Positions 34,981 through 44,099 of a DNA stretch of 46,206 nt are shown here, piece after piece. The translations under genes and the position numbers were made by a program. Source of the stretch: a virus (Duplodnaviria > Caudoviricetes). The notes beneath the pieces were generated by a model. That model had not been told where the DNA came from. It was given only the letters and a program-made list of their open reading frames with translations, and did no database searches. The stretch covers positions 1-46,206 of IMG/VR virus record IMGVR_UViG_3300048606_000106; one strand, given 5' to 3'. How positions within the stretch are numbered: the first letter of the stretch is position 1; each line of letters opens with the position of its first letter.

Positions 34981-35327
34981 GAACCCGCAAGCCACTCACC
35001 GAGACCCAACGCCTCCGCATGCGCGAACGCCAACGCGCCCGATACGCATGGCGCAAAGAGCACGATCCGGATTTCCTCGAGCGCCGGAAGACGTACTCGA
35101 GGCGCAACTACGACGCGAGCAAGGAAGCCCCGTGGGCGTCACGCTTCGTGCGTCGATCCACGTCATTCAACGCGGCTGAGGTCGAGTTGCTGGCGACCAT
35201 CCTTTGCGAGGCTGAGCGTTCGCTGGAATTCGCGAAGGTGGCAAAGACGCCAGCATTCGTGAGCGTTGCGAAGAAAGCGCGCAAGATGAAGCGCGCTCTT
35301 GAAGCGAAGGCGGAGGCTGCGGAGTGA
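34977..35327 (+). CDS. Basic hypothetical protein
   Basis: ATGA coupling; R/Y-rich helix. Confidence 0.65.
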   Translation: MRTRKPLTETQRLRMRERQRARYAWRKEHDPDFLERRKTYSRRNYDASKEAPWASRFVRRSTSFNAAEVELLATILCEAERSLEFAKVAKTPAFVSVAKKARKMKRALEAKAEAAE

Positions 35328-35533
35328 CGAAGCTCGCCCGCCGCGAAGTGCACCGCGCGGAGATTGTCCCGCGCAACGACGACAAGCGCACGCGGTTGCA
35401 GGCGATCACGCCGTGCGCGGTTTGCGGCTGGCCGGTTGATGGTGAAGCGGCGGAACAGGGCGACGACATTCACGATGGTGCATGTTGGGCAATTTTCAAG
35501 CGAGAGATTGCGGGCGATTGGACTGACTTATGA
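35324..35533 (+). CDS. Small Zn-binding protein
   Basis: CAVCG...HDGAC. Confidence 0.6.
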   Translation: MTKLARREVHRAEIVPRNDDKRTRLQAITPCAVCGWPVDGEAAEQGDDIHDGACWAIFKREIAGDWTDL

Positions 35534-37317
35534 AAAACAAACTCCGCATCTCCGACGACCTCGCGCTGCCACTCGAAGCGGTCACGTCAACCTTCGTCGT
35601 GTACGGCGCGAAGGGAATGGGCAAGACCAATTGGCTCGCGGTCTTCGCCGAAGAACTCGCGAAAGTAGGGCAACGCTTTTCGGTGCTTGACCCAGTTGGC
35701 GGCAGCTGGGGGCTGCAGCACGCTAAGTCGGGCGATCGCGGCGGCTTAGAGGTGCTCATTCTCGGAGGCAGACACGGCGACCTTCCGATCGAACCGACCG
35801 CGGGGGCCGTGGTTGCCGATCTAGTTGCGGACGAATCGGTTAGCACGGTGGTCGATATCTCGCGCCGCGCCGACGGAAAGATGTGGTCAAACGGCGAGAA
35901 GATCCGGTTCGCGGCCGACTATATGACGCGTCTGTACGAGCGACAGGGAGAGAGCTGCGTCCCGCTTATGCAGATCATCGACGAGGCTGGCCGCATGTGC
36001 CCGCAAACCATTCCGCACGGCGCGGTAGACATCGCGCGCTGTGTAGGCGCGATCGAACAGCTCGTCGAACTTGGAAGAAACGTTGGCGTTGGCGTTACGC
36101 TGGTGACGCAGCGATCGGCGCGGATGGCCAAGTCCGTGAGTGAGCTTGCGGACTGCATGATCGCGTTCCGAACCGTCGGACCAAACTCCGTCGGCGCCAT
36201 CCTCGATTGGTTCGGCGAGCATGTCGTGAAGTCACGGCACAAGGAGTTGGTCGGCCATTTGCGCACGCTCGACGTTGGCAGCGCGCTCGTGGTCTCGCCC
36301 GGCTGGCTGAGGTTCGAGGGCGTTGCGAAAATGCGTCCTCGCGAAACGTTCGACAGCAGCAAGACTCCAGCCCCAGGTCAGCGCAGCGCAAAGCCGGGGC
36401 GCGCTCACAAGCCGGACTTGAAGAAATACAGCGAGCGAATGGCCGCCACGATCGAACGCGCCAAAGCCGACGATCCCAAGGCCCTACGCGCACGCATCGC
36501 CGAGCTCGAAAAGCAGGCCAAAGCACCGAAGCCAGCAGCACCAGCCGCCCCACCCCCAAAGCGCGTCGAGGTGCCCGTGTTGGGCGCCAAGCACGAGAAG
36601 GCTATCCACGCGTTGCTGAAAGGTGTCGAGGCGCTTGGGGTCCGACAGGCTGCGCTACAGGCCAGCGCTGATGCTTTGACGCGGGAGCTGCAGACGGCGT
36701 TGAAGCCGCTGGTTGTGACGATTCCAGCCAGAGCTTTCTCGCAGCCGGTGGCGTCGCCGGTGCCACCGAGAACATCCACGCGGCCGCTGGCTACCACGCC
36801 AATGACGAAAGCTGCGGCGCGACCGACGCCAGCCAAGCCGCCGGACGACAGTGACACCACCATGAGCCGCGGCCTTCGACGTGTGCTGACCGTGCTGGCG
36901 CAGAACCAAAAGCCGATGACGAATCGTAGAATCGGCATCGCGGCTGGCGTGTCCCCGTCGCTGAGCACGTTCCGCGGCATCATGGCCAAGGCGCGCGCGA
37001 ACGGTTGGGTGCTCGACGAAGGCGAGCGGCGAACGATTACCGACGCGGGCTTGGCGGCGTTGGGTCCGTTTGAGGCGTTGCCGACAGGCTACGGGTTATT
37101 GCAATACTGGTTGAATACGTTGAGCAAGGGACAGGCCGCGGTACTGCAGCGCGCAGCGGCGGAGTATCCGCGTACTATCTCGCGCGAGGAAGCTGCCTAT
37201 GCGGCTGGCTGCGACGCCGCAAGCAGTACGCTGCGCGGCTATCTGGCAAAGTTGCGCGGGCTCGACTTGATTGAAGGCCGCGGCGAGATTCGCGCGAGCC
37301 AGGAGCTTTTCGAATGA
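35530..37317 (+). CDS. HerA/FtsK-like (DUF87) ATPase with two C-terminal winged-HTH domains
   Basis: GAKGMGKT, VLDP.G, IIDEA, GRN.G, TQRSA; Pro-rich linker; two HTH-like repeats. Confidence 0.85.
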   Translation: MKNKLRISDDLALPLEAVTSTFVVYGAKGMGKTNWLAVFAEELAKVGQRFSVLDPVGGSWGLQHAKSGDRGGLEVLILGGRHGDLPIEPTAGAVVADLVADESVSTVVDISRRADGKMWSNGEKIRFAADYMTRLYERQGESCVPLMQIIDEAGRMCPQTIPHGAVDIARCVGAIEQLVELGRNVGVGVTLVTQRSARMAKSVSELADCMIAFRTVGPNSVGAILDWFGEHVVKSRHKELVGHLRTLDVGSALVVSPGWLRFEGVAKMRPRETFDSSKTPAPGQRSAKPGRAHKPDLKKYSERMAATIERAKADDPKALRARIAELEKQAKAPKPAAPAAPPPKRVEVPVLGAKHEKAIHALLKGVEALGVRQAALQASADALTRELQTALKPLVVTIPARAFSQPVASPVPPRTSTRPLATTPMTKAAARPTPAKPPDDSDTTMSRGLRRVLTVLAQNQKPMTNRRIGIAAGVSPSLSTFRGIMAKARANGWVLDEGERRTITDAGLAALGPFEALPTGYGLLQYWLNTLSKGQAAVLQRAAAEYPRTISREEAAYAAGCDAASSTLRGYLAKLRGLDLIEGRGEIRASQELFE

Positions 37318-37700
37318 CCACAAACGTATACCTACTCAGCATCCTCGACACCCTGCAGATCGCGTGCTGCACGCTCGGAGTGTTCACCGTGTTTGCGTCA
37401 GTAGTCATGACGGTCGTCTGGCTGTCGTGCGCTTACGACGCGGACAAGAACGCGCACGACGTTGCTCAGGCAGCGCGAACAAAACCGCTGGCCATACGGC
37501 TGTTCGTGGCCGGCATCTTCCTGAGCTTCGCGGCGGCGTTACTGCCATCGGCGAAGTCCCTGCGCGACGCCTATCTCTACGTCGAGATGTCAAAGGTTGC
37601 GACGGCGGATAACGCCAGGCTGACAGCCGTCGAGATCACCAAGCGCATCGATCGCTTGATCGGCGTGCTCGACAAGGCTGTGAAGGGTGGCGGCAAATGA
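37314..37700 (+). CDS. Two-TM membrane protein
   Basis: Two hydrophobic helices followed by LPSAK. Confidence 0.7.
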   Translation: MTTNVYLLSILDTLQIACCTLGVFTVFASVVMTVVWLSCAYDADKNAHDVAQAARTKPLAIRLFVAGIFLSFAAALLPSAKSLRDAYLYVEMSKVATADNARLTAVEITKRIDRLIGVLDKAVKGGGK

Positions 37701-38389
37701 CGACATCCAAGGAACACGCGAACGCGCTGCGTCAGCTTCGGGCACTGGCCGATGCATGCGACGCGCCGACCGACGCCGAGGGCTTCGACGTCTTGGGAGA
37801 ATATGCCGACGCCATCGACGCAGCCATCGACGCAGCCATCGCGCTACTCGACCCACCGGAAACCCACGGCATGGGCCCCGGACCGTGCGCGTCATGCGGC
37901 ACCAACTACGCCGGCATCGATCGCCCCGGTGGGTACTACTGCATGAACCGCGCGTGTCCCGCGTTTGACGGTGACACCAAAGACAACGCCACCACCGAAC
38001 GCGAACGCTGCATCCACTTCGCGGTCGAGATCACGAAGACCGAGCTGCATCACGGTGTGGCGGAGATTGCTGACGTGATTCAGAGCGCGCGGAAGGAAGC
38101 GTTTGCAGAAACGCAGGCTCAACTCGAAGGCTTTGCAAAAGCGCTGAACGACATGAACGACGGTTGCCTGGAGCTTGAGGCCGATAACGCCCGGCTGCGT
38201 ATTCAGCTTGAAGGATCGTTCGGCGGGGTAAGCCGAAACAAAATCTTTGAGATGGGCGTCCAGTCGGCAGCGCACAAGCATGCGACCTTGATCAAAGCGG
38301 CACGTGTCATCGAGTGCCGGCTGGATACTCGTGATTGGACTCTCCAACAACATGACGAACTCCGGGCAGCGCTCAAAGGTGACCCATGA
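37697..38389 (+). CDS. Hypothetical protein with Zn ribbon and 12-bp tandem repeat (AIDAAIDAAI)
   Basis: CASCG...CMNRAC; gccatcgacgca repeated from 37811. Confidence 0.65.
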   Translation: MTTSKEHANALRQLRALADACDAPTDAEGFDVLGEYADAIDAAIDAAIALLDPPETHGMGPGPCASCGTNYAGIDRPGGYYCMNRACPAFDGDTKDNATTERERCIHFAVEITKTELHHGVAEIADVIQSARKEAFAETQAQLEGFAKALNDMNDGCLELEADNARLRIQLEGSFGGVSRNKIFEMGVQSAAHKHATLIKAARVIECRLDTRDWTLQQHDELRAALKGDP

Positions 38390-38808
38390 TCAACGACGAA
38401 GAGCGCGCTCACTGCGAGCTAGTCACCGACCGAATCGTCGAGGCGGTCGACATCGACTGGCTCGGCCAGACATGGAACTGGAAGGCGGTGCCGGCGATCA
38501 TCGCGTCCGAGCGCGCCCTGGCCCGTGAGCACGCGGTGGCAGCTGGCATGCAAGCAGGCTGTGACCTGCAGCGAAAGCTCGATATAGCCGCGCACAACGA
38601 AGTCAGGGAACAGCGCGACAGCGTGGCCATTCGAGCGGAGGAGTTCGAGCTCCGCTACAAGATGGCGCACACGACGATCAGCTCGCTTGAGCATCGCCTA
38701 AAGGCCGCAGAGGCCAAGCTCGCCGCGATCGAGGCGCTGTCCACTGACGTCGGCAACGTGTGCGGCGTGGCGATGAAACTGCGCGAGATTCTCGGAGGTA
38801 AGTCGTGA
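38386..38808 (+). CDS. Hypothetical coiled-coil protein
   Basis: Coupled ORF. Confidence 0.65.
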   Translation: MINDEERAHCELVTDRIVEAVDIDWLGQTWNWKAVPAIIASERALAREHAVAAGMQAGCDLQRKLDIAAHNEVREQRDSVAIRAEEFELRYKMAHTTISSLEHRLKAAEAKLAAIEALSTDVGNVCGVAMKLREILGGKS

Positions 38809-39053
38809 GCGCGTCATCCCGACGAAAGCAGTGTCAGTGGTGCGGCTCGCGCCAAGACGTTGACGAGCCTGGCCCGCGCGGCACTTGCTACGGGTGCTCG
38901 ATGTTCATGCGGCTCGACCCCGAGGCGTTCGCCAAGAAGCACCCCAGACGCGGTACCAGCAACGCACGGACTGGTGCAGATCAAAGGTTTTGGCGCGGTG
39001 CACCTGAATGCAGACCCGTTCGTAAAAGCCGACTCGCACAAGACCGGAGGTGA
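38805..39053 (+). CDS. Small Zn-finger protein (3' end frame uncertain)
   Basis: CQWCG...CYGC. Confidence 0.5.
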   Translation: MSASSRRKQCQWCGSRQDVDEPGPRGTCYGCSMFMRLDPEAFAKKHPRRGTSNARTGADQRFWRGAPECRPVRKSRLAQDRR

Positions 39054-39181
39054 GCCGTGACCCGCCGCCTAACGCTACCCAGGTGTCACCCCGGCCAACG
39101 AGGCAACGCCGCGATATGCGCGATCAGGCGCTATCGACTGTGGCTGCGTTTGGTTTCCCGCAGAACGTTTCGGGGTGAGCC

Positions 39182-39451
39182 GTGAGAACCATCTACAAAT
39201 ACCCGCTGAACAACGTCGGCCTAAACGCCGTGCACATGCCGACTGGCGCGAAAATCCTCAGCTGTCAGCTGCAGCGCGAGATACCCACGCTTTGGGCGAT
39301 GGTGGATGATACCGAGCCATTGCGACGGCGCCGCTCCACTGTTGTCGGCACCGGTCACGCGCTTCACGAGTCGGTGGATGCCAGGGGTTTCCTTGCAACG
39401 CTGCAGCTCGAAGATGGGATTGTGTTGCATGTTTTTGAGGTTGAGCCGTGA
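39182..39451 (+). CDS. Conserved phage protein (MRTIYKYPL family)
   Basis: TIYKYPL...MP.GAKIL..Q.Q....TLWA.VD...GTGH...VLHVFE. Confidence 0.8.
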   Translation: MRTIYKYPLNNVGLNAVHMPTGAKILSCQLQREIPTLWAMVDDTEPLRRRRSTVVGTGHALHESVDARGFLATLQLEDGIVLHVFEVEP

Positions 39452-39714
39452 GCGCGACGGTTGACTGGACGGAGGTTGCCGGCTGTCTCCTCATGCAGGC
39501 AGCGCATGAGGAGACGCTGCCGTGCACAGGCAATGTCGAGTATTTCGAAGCCGCCGCCAAGCTGTGCGATGCGATGCCCGCGATCGAGACGTTTCTCGAC
39601 GTGTGGCGCGCCGCCGGCGGCTGCGGCTCGGCAGGTTGTGAGGATGCGCCGGCCGGCGAAGGGTCCTGTTCGACATGCGGCGCCTATCAGCGCTTGCGGG
39701 AAGCGCTCAAATGA
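39448..39714 (+). CDS. Hypothetical protein
   Basis: Coupled ORF. Confidence 0.6.
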   Translation: MSATVDWTEVAGCLLMQAAHEETLPCTGNVEYFEAAAKLCDAMPAIETFLDVWRAAGGCGSAGCEDAPAGEGSCSTCGAYQRLREALK

Positions 39715-39926
39715 AACTAGACCAGCAAACAAAACGAGCGGTGTTTGACGGCGAAGACGGCGAGCGCCTCGTGGTGCGCTATGACAACCGCGGCGAGCCC
39801 TATCGATCAGGTGCGACATTCTCGTTCGAGCAAGGCGACATCGAGACCAGCGTGTTCATGGAGCGACGCGAGTTGGAACAGCTGTCGACGTGGTTGGTCG
39901 CGTTTCTGACCGAGGTGAAGCGATGA
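39711..39926 (+). CDS. Hypothetical protein
   Basis: Coupled ORF. Confidence 0.6.
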   Translation: MKLDQQTKRAVFDGEDGERLVVRYDNRGEPYRSGATFSFEQGDIETSVFMERRELEQLSTWLVAFLTEVKR

Positions 39927-40222
39927 CGCATCAAGAGACCGCGCGCGCGATCCTCGACTTCTACGGCGGCGATCACCGCAGGTGGTGCACGGGTGTAATG
40001 GCCCGTTCCAGAAGCGGCATCGAAGCGCACCAGACCAGCCCGACAGCGTGCAGCTGGTGCATCCATGGCGCGCTTTTAGCCTCGTGCCAGGGCCAGGATT
40101 GGTCAGCGTTTACCGAGGCGTTCTTTCGCAACACGCGAGGCGGGTTCGCAACGTTCAATGACGCGTCGGGCAGGACCTTCGCCGAGCTTGTCGCCAAGCT
40201 GGAGGAGATTGCCAATGGCTAA
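39923..40222 (+). CDS. DUF6197-like protein
   Basis: WCTG..AR...CSWCIHGAL ... FND..GRTFAEL. Confidence 0.7.
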   Translation: MTHQETARAILDFYGGDHRRWCTGVMARSRSGIEAHQTSPTACSWCIHGALLASCQGQDWSAFTEAFFRNTRGGFATFNDASGRTFAELVAKLEEIANG

Positions 40223-40442
40223 ACGCAAGTTCCTGGTGGTCGGGCAAATCACAATCAGCGTGTCCACCGACGTGATGGCCACGTCCGCCGACGAAGCTAA
40301 GAGCATCGCGATGGAGCGTCCCATCATGAGCCTGTGCAACCAGTGCGCAACAGGCTCGCCCGAGGATGAATGGGTGACGAGCGGCGAACTGGATGGCGGC
40401 GATCCCGACAATGTCACCGTGATGGAGGATGACGACCTATGA
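40215..40442 (+). CDS. Hypothetical protein
   Basis: SD GGAGG; V.ATSADEA motif. Confidence 0.65.
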   Translation: MAKRKFLVVGQITISVSTDVMATSADEAKSIAMERPIMSLCNQCATGSPEDEWVTSGELDGGDPDNVTVMEDDDL

Positions 40443-40807
40443 AAGTCCACCCACAATCCGCGTTGGCTGAACTCGAGCGCGCAGTTCGCGCCGAGGTCGC
40501 GCGCCTCAAAAAGCTGATCACGCCAGCCGAGGCGTATCGCGCGATCGCGCTGCACCGCATCGACGGCAAGCCGACCACGCCAAGCCAACGCGAGAACCTC
40601 CGACGACAACTCGGGATCAGCGGCGCCGAGTGGCCACAAGTGATCGCCGCGGCAGAGGACGCGTGCATGCCGGTTCGCGAGTATTGCCGGCTGATGGTGC
40701 TGGTTGCCGCGGGCCATGGTGGCGTGGTCGATAGCATCGAGCGCGTTTCGGACGCGAGCTTCCACGCTGACCAGAGTCCGGGGTTGAAGGTGACGGTGAA
40801 GCGATGA
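40439..40807 (+). CDS. Hypothetical protein, possible ribbon-helix-helix
   Basis: QLGISGAEW..VIAAA....MPVREYCR pattern. Confidence 0.55.
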   Translation: MKVHPQSALAELERAVRAEVARLKKLITPAEAYRAIALHRIDGKPTTPSQRENLRRQLGISGAEWPQVIAAAEDACMPVREYCRLMVLVAAGHGGVVDSIERVSDASFHADQSPGLKVTVKR

Positions 40808-41052
40808 ACAAGATCGCCACCACAGACACCGCTGGCTGGAGACGTGAGGCGCGCAGGCAACGCAAGCACCTGGAGGATCTAACCACCACGGTGATGGCGT
40901 ATCTCAAGCAATCAGACCTTGTGCTGCAGCAGCCCTCCAGCGTGGAACGAGGCAAGCGTCTGGCAGCGCTGAGCAACGCGTTGGAGATGGCCAACGATCA
41001 GGCTCGGTACTTCGGGCTTGGCATCAACTTCAGGACGGATAAGAAGCCATGA
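40804..41052 (+). CDS. Hypothetical protein
   Basis: Coupled ORF. Confidence 0.65.
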   Translation: MNKIATTDTAGWRREARRQRKHLEDLTTTVMAYLKQSDLVLQQPSSVERGKRLAALSNALEMANDQARYFGLGINFRTDKKP

Positions 41053-41303
41053 CCGATCACGTAGCCTGGTCCGAGCTCGCGCCCTACTTCCGCGCGGAAG
41101 AGATCGACAGCATTCGCCGACGAGTTAGCGCCGCGCGCGATGCGTCCGAGCAAAAGCAGCTGGTGGACCGCATGGGGGAGATCGCGCGGCTGTGCTGCGG
41201 GATGGACACCTCCACGTTCGAAGGGCGGGAACGTTGGCTGGCGTTGCAGCACGAGTTTACGGGTGTGCAGAAGCGGTTGAACGACATTATGGGGGCGACG
41301 TGA
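41049..41303 (+). CDS. Hypothetical protein
   Basis: Coupled ORF. Confidence 0.6.
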   Translation: MTDHVAWSELAPYFRAEEIDSIRRRVSAARDASEQKQLVDRMGEIARLCCGMDTSTFEGRERWLALQHEFTGVQKRLNDIMGAT

Positions 41304-41572
41304 CCTGCGAAACGATCCACGGCAACGGCATCACGATCATCGCATGCAACCGGAGCAAGCGACGACCGGCGTGCAAGTTCTGCGGACGCGCGCAGTCAGC
41401 GACGAAGCTGTGTGACTACCCGTTGCGAGGTACGAAGTCCGGCAAGACGTGCAGCGCGAACATGTGCGATGCGTGTGCGGTGAAGCAGCCGGTGACGGCG
41501 CTCGCCGGGGATACGATTGATTTCTGCCCACCACACGCGCGGCTCGCGCAGCAGAAGGAAGTGGCGCCATGA
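41300..41572 (+). CDS. Cys-rich Zn-binding phage protein
   Basis: CKFCG...LCDYP...TCSANMCDAC...DFCPPH. Confidence 0.75.
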   Translation: MTCETIHGNGITIIACNRSKRRPACKFCGRAQSATKLCDYPLRGTKSGKTCSANMCDACAVKQPVTALAGDTIDFCPPHARLAQQKEVAP

Positions 41573-42255
41573 CCGAGAGGCCAATATTGATGAGCGCTCC
41601 GATGGTCCGCGCGCTGCTCGCTGGGACCAAATCCCAAACGCGCAGAATCGTCTCGATCGCCAACTCGCTCGTCAACGGCTCACCGCCATGCCGAAGCAAA
41701 GATTCCGACATCATCGAAGCCTGGTGCAATCTGGATTTCTCGGACGCACGGGTCGATCCGGGCCCGTCGCCGGCGGGGAACGCTGGCCCTTACCTCAAGA
41801 TTGCTGGCGGAGATGAGTCTTATCATCGGGTGTATCCGCGAGCGTCGATCGGAGATCATCTCTGGGTGCGCGAGACGTGGCGTCGCCAAGGCTCGACAGA
41901 AACCATATCGGCGGTTCGTTACAGAGCGGACGAATCCAGTGACGAGGCCACGCATCATCGTTGGCGCCCCTCGATCTTCCTGCCGCGCTGGGCGAGTCGC
42001 ATCACGCTCGAGATCACGAGCGTGAGGGTAGAACGTTTGCAGGACATCAGCGGAGAGGACGCGATAACCGAGGGCATCGACATACCGCGCTGCGGATGCG
42101 AGGTATGCCGACGTTCGCTGCAGATGTGTCCGGCGGATCAGAGCGCGGCGATCATGGCGTACGCAGAACTTTGGTCGTCGATAAATCACAAGCGCGCGCC
42201 GTGGGATTCGAATCCCTGGGTCTGGATCTACGAAGTGCGGACGATGTCGCCATGA
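41569..42255 (+). CDS. Conserved phage protein, ASCH/PUA-like (RPIL.S.PMVRA family)
   Basis: GTKSQTRR, GDHLWVRETW, WRPSIFLPRWASRITLEI, WDSNPWVW. Confidence 0.85.
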   Translation: MTERPILMSAPMVRALLAGTKSQTRRIVSIANSLVNGSPPCRSKDSDIIEAWCNLDFSDARVDPGPSPAGNAGPYLKIAGGDESYHRVYPRASIGDHLWVRETWRRQGSTETISAVRYRADESSDEATHHRWRPSIFLPRWASRITLEITSVRVERLQDISGEDAITEGIDIPRCGCEVCRRSLQMCPADQSAAIMAYAELWSSINHKRAPWDSNPWVWIYEVRTMSP

Positions 42256-42509
42256 GCTGGAACAAAGACGCGTCCGGTCTAAGCCACTACGTGTTCAGCA
42301 CGCTCGGCCACGTCAGCGTAGCTATCGAAGACGCGTTGGCAACTCGTCCAACCACGCCATCGTGGTTCTGGTTCAACGGGACACCGTGCCCGATGCTCGA
42401 CGGTGACGACGCGGCCGCGGTAGGCAGGCGTTGGAGCGAGTGGCGAGCGGCGTATCAGCAAGGCGACCTGATTCTCATGCTGCAAGGCACGCGAGGTACC
42501 AACCGATGA
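42252..42509 (+). CDS. Hypothetical protein
   Basis: ATGA coupling. Confidence 0.6.
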   Translation: MSWNKDASGLSHYVFSTLGHVSVAIEDALATRPTTPSWFWFNGTPCPMLDGDDAAAVGRRWSEWRAAYQQGDLILMLQGTRGTNR

Positions 42510-42838
42510 ACTGCCCACTGTGCGGCTCACCAGCTGAAGAATTGTTCCTCTCGCTCGCGTGCACCAAACGCGGCTGCACGAACGGGCCAAAGCAACGCAG
42601 CGAGGCTGATGTGTTGGCGGAGGTCAAGGCCAAGCTGCTCGAGTGGTCGGGGTTGCCGGATGCGGTGTTCTCGTTGAAAGTCTTTGACTTCGGGGCTGGC
42701 CTCTGGCGCGTGGGCATCGTTGGCCATGACGACACAAAGGTTGTCGACGCACTCGAAAAGAACGGTAAGAGGAAGCTGGCGCTCGCTCTTGGTGATGCGG
42801 CCATCGCGGAGTTGTTTGGAGAGCCAGCCAATGAGTAG
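42506..42838 (+). CDS. Protein with N-terminal CPxCG...C.NGP Zn ribbon (copy 1)
   Basis: MNCPLCGSPAEELFLSLACTKRGCTNGP. Confidence 0.7.
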   Translation: MNCPLCGSPAEELFLSLACTKRGCTNGPKQRSEADVLAEVKAKLLEWSGLPDAVFSLKVFDFGAGLWRVGIVGHDDTKVVDALEKNGKRKLALALGDAAIAELFGEPANE

Positions 42839-43289
42839 CCGTTGCCCCGCGTGCGGGTCTGCCGGTGAGATGCTGTTCAGCAGCTTTGCCTGCGACAAAT
42901 ACGGGTGCGTGAATGGGCCGCGGGGAGTCGAGGCCACGGGCCTATGGCTCGCGCTGCACACCGCTCCGGGCATCGAGGTTCCGCGTGAACTCGGCTACGG
43001 ACGCGCGCCAATCGGATGGGCGATGCACGAGATCCACGACGCGTTCGTGAATCGCACGGAAGTCAGGTTTGCACAAGCGGTCGGTTCGTGGGCGGGCGGA
43101 CAGCCGGTCAGGGCGTTCGCTGTGTACTGGAATGATGCTGGTGGCGAATGCTTCTACGAGTCCGGCGTGACCCACCCGACCGGCGTGTCGGTTTGCGGAA
43201 CGGCGTTTTTCCCGCCGGGCGAGTTGCCGATGTTGAAAGCGTTGATGTCGGATGAGACAGAGCGACGTGTGCGGAGGTTCTGCAAATGA
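42831..43289 (+). CDS. Protein with N-terminal CPxCG...C.NGP Zn ribbon (copy 2)
   Basis: RCPACGSAGEMLFSSFACDKYGCVNGP. Confidence 0.7.
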   Translation: MSSRCPACGSAGEMLFSSFACDKYGCVNGPRGVEATGLWLALHTAPGIEVPRELGYGRAPIGWAMHEIHDAFVNRTEVRFAQAVGSWAGGQPVRAFAVYWNDAGGECFYESGVTHPTGVSVCGTAFFPPGELPMLKALMSDETERRVRRFCK

Positions 43290-43582
43290 CCGCCGACTAC
43301 AGCCAGACGCTGCGAGAAATACGCGCCGACCGCGTGGGCACGCTGGCGAACGTCTACCGCCATCGACACCAGGCGTGGGTTCGCGACGACGCGGTTGCGT
43401 ATTGCCATCGACTGGTGATTCGGATCCGCGCCATCGACGCGGCCCTGTGCGCGCTTCGGATTGTGAAGCCGGAGTTGTCGTGGTGCACGGACTGCGGAAA
43501 GCGACGCATGTTAGCTCACGACTTCTGCGAGACAGAGGTTTGCGCGGAGTGCGTGGGTGGGGATGTGGAGGATGGGTCATGA
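43286..43582 (+). CDS. Hypothetical Zn-finger protein
   Basis: CTDCG...VCAEC. Confidence 0.6.
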   Translation: MTADYSQTLREIRADRVGTLANVYRHRHQAWVRDDAVAYCHRLVIRIRAIDAALCALRIVKPELSWCTDCGKRRMLAHDFCETEVCAECVGGDVEDGS

Positions 43583-43842
43583 ACGGACAGCACAAGGTGT
43601 GGGCGCAGACCATCGCCGATGGCATCGTCGGTATCGATAACGTTGACGACGTCGAGATCGGCGCGTCGTGGTTCCGAATCCATCTCGCATGCGGCAACGG
43701 CTTTTGCGTGACGTTCGGGATGCTGCAGCGGCTGGCTGAGGTGTGCGGCACGAACGTGATCAACCTGCAGGGGGAGAACGTTGGCAGCACGTATCCGGAG
43801 GTTGCTTCGTATATTGAGATTTTGAATGTGAGGTGGCCGTGA
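43579..43842 (+). CDS. Hypothetical protein
   Basis: SD GGAGG; coupled. Confidence 0.6.
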   Translation: MNGQHKVWAQTIADGIVGIDNVDDVEIGASWFRIHLACGNGFCVTFGMLQRLAEVCGTNVINLQGENVGSTYPEVASYIEILNVRWP

Positions 43843-44099
43843 GTTCGAAACCACCCGCGCCCGACGCCGGCACCGTGAACGCCGAGATCCTGGCCAAGTT
43901 GCTGGAGTTGCAGCAGCAAACTTCCGACCAGGTTATCGAGCTTCGGAAGGCGCTCAAGGTCCAGCGCGCCGCAAAAGGTCCACGTAAACGCCGCGGACCG
44001 GTAGCATACTCGCCACCGGACACGAGCCCCGGTGCCGAGCCGAGCGAGATGCAGCGTGCGTGGGCCCGGAAACTCTTGAGGCAATACGGATGGCGCTGA
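43839..44099 (+). CDS. Small basic protein upstream of integrase (candidate excisionase/RDF)
   Basis: Position overlapping the int start; basic KGPRKRR; function from position only. Confidence 0.45.
   Translation: MSSKPPAPDAGTVNAEILAKLLELQQQTSDQVIELRKALKVQRAAKGPRKRRGPVAYSPPDTSPGAEPSEMQRAWARKLLRQYGWR

Noticed and set aside
38860-39060. Alternative-frame ORF suggesting a frameshift in 38805..39053
   Set aside because: Cannot be distinguished from chance without homologues or reads
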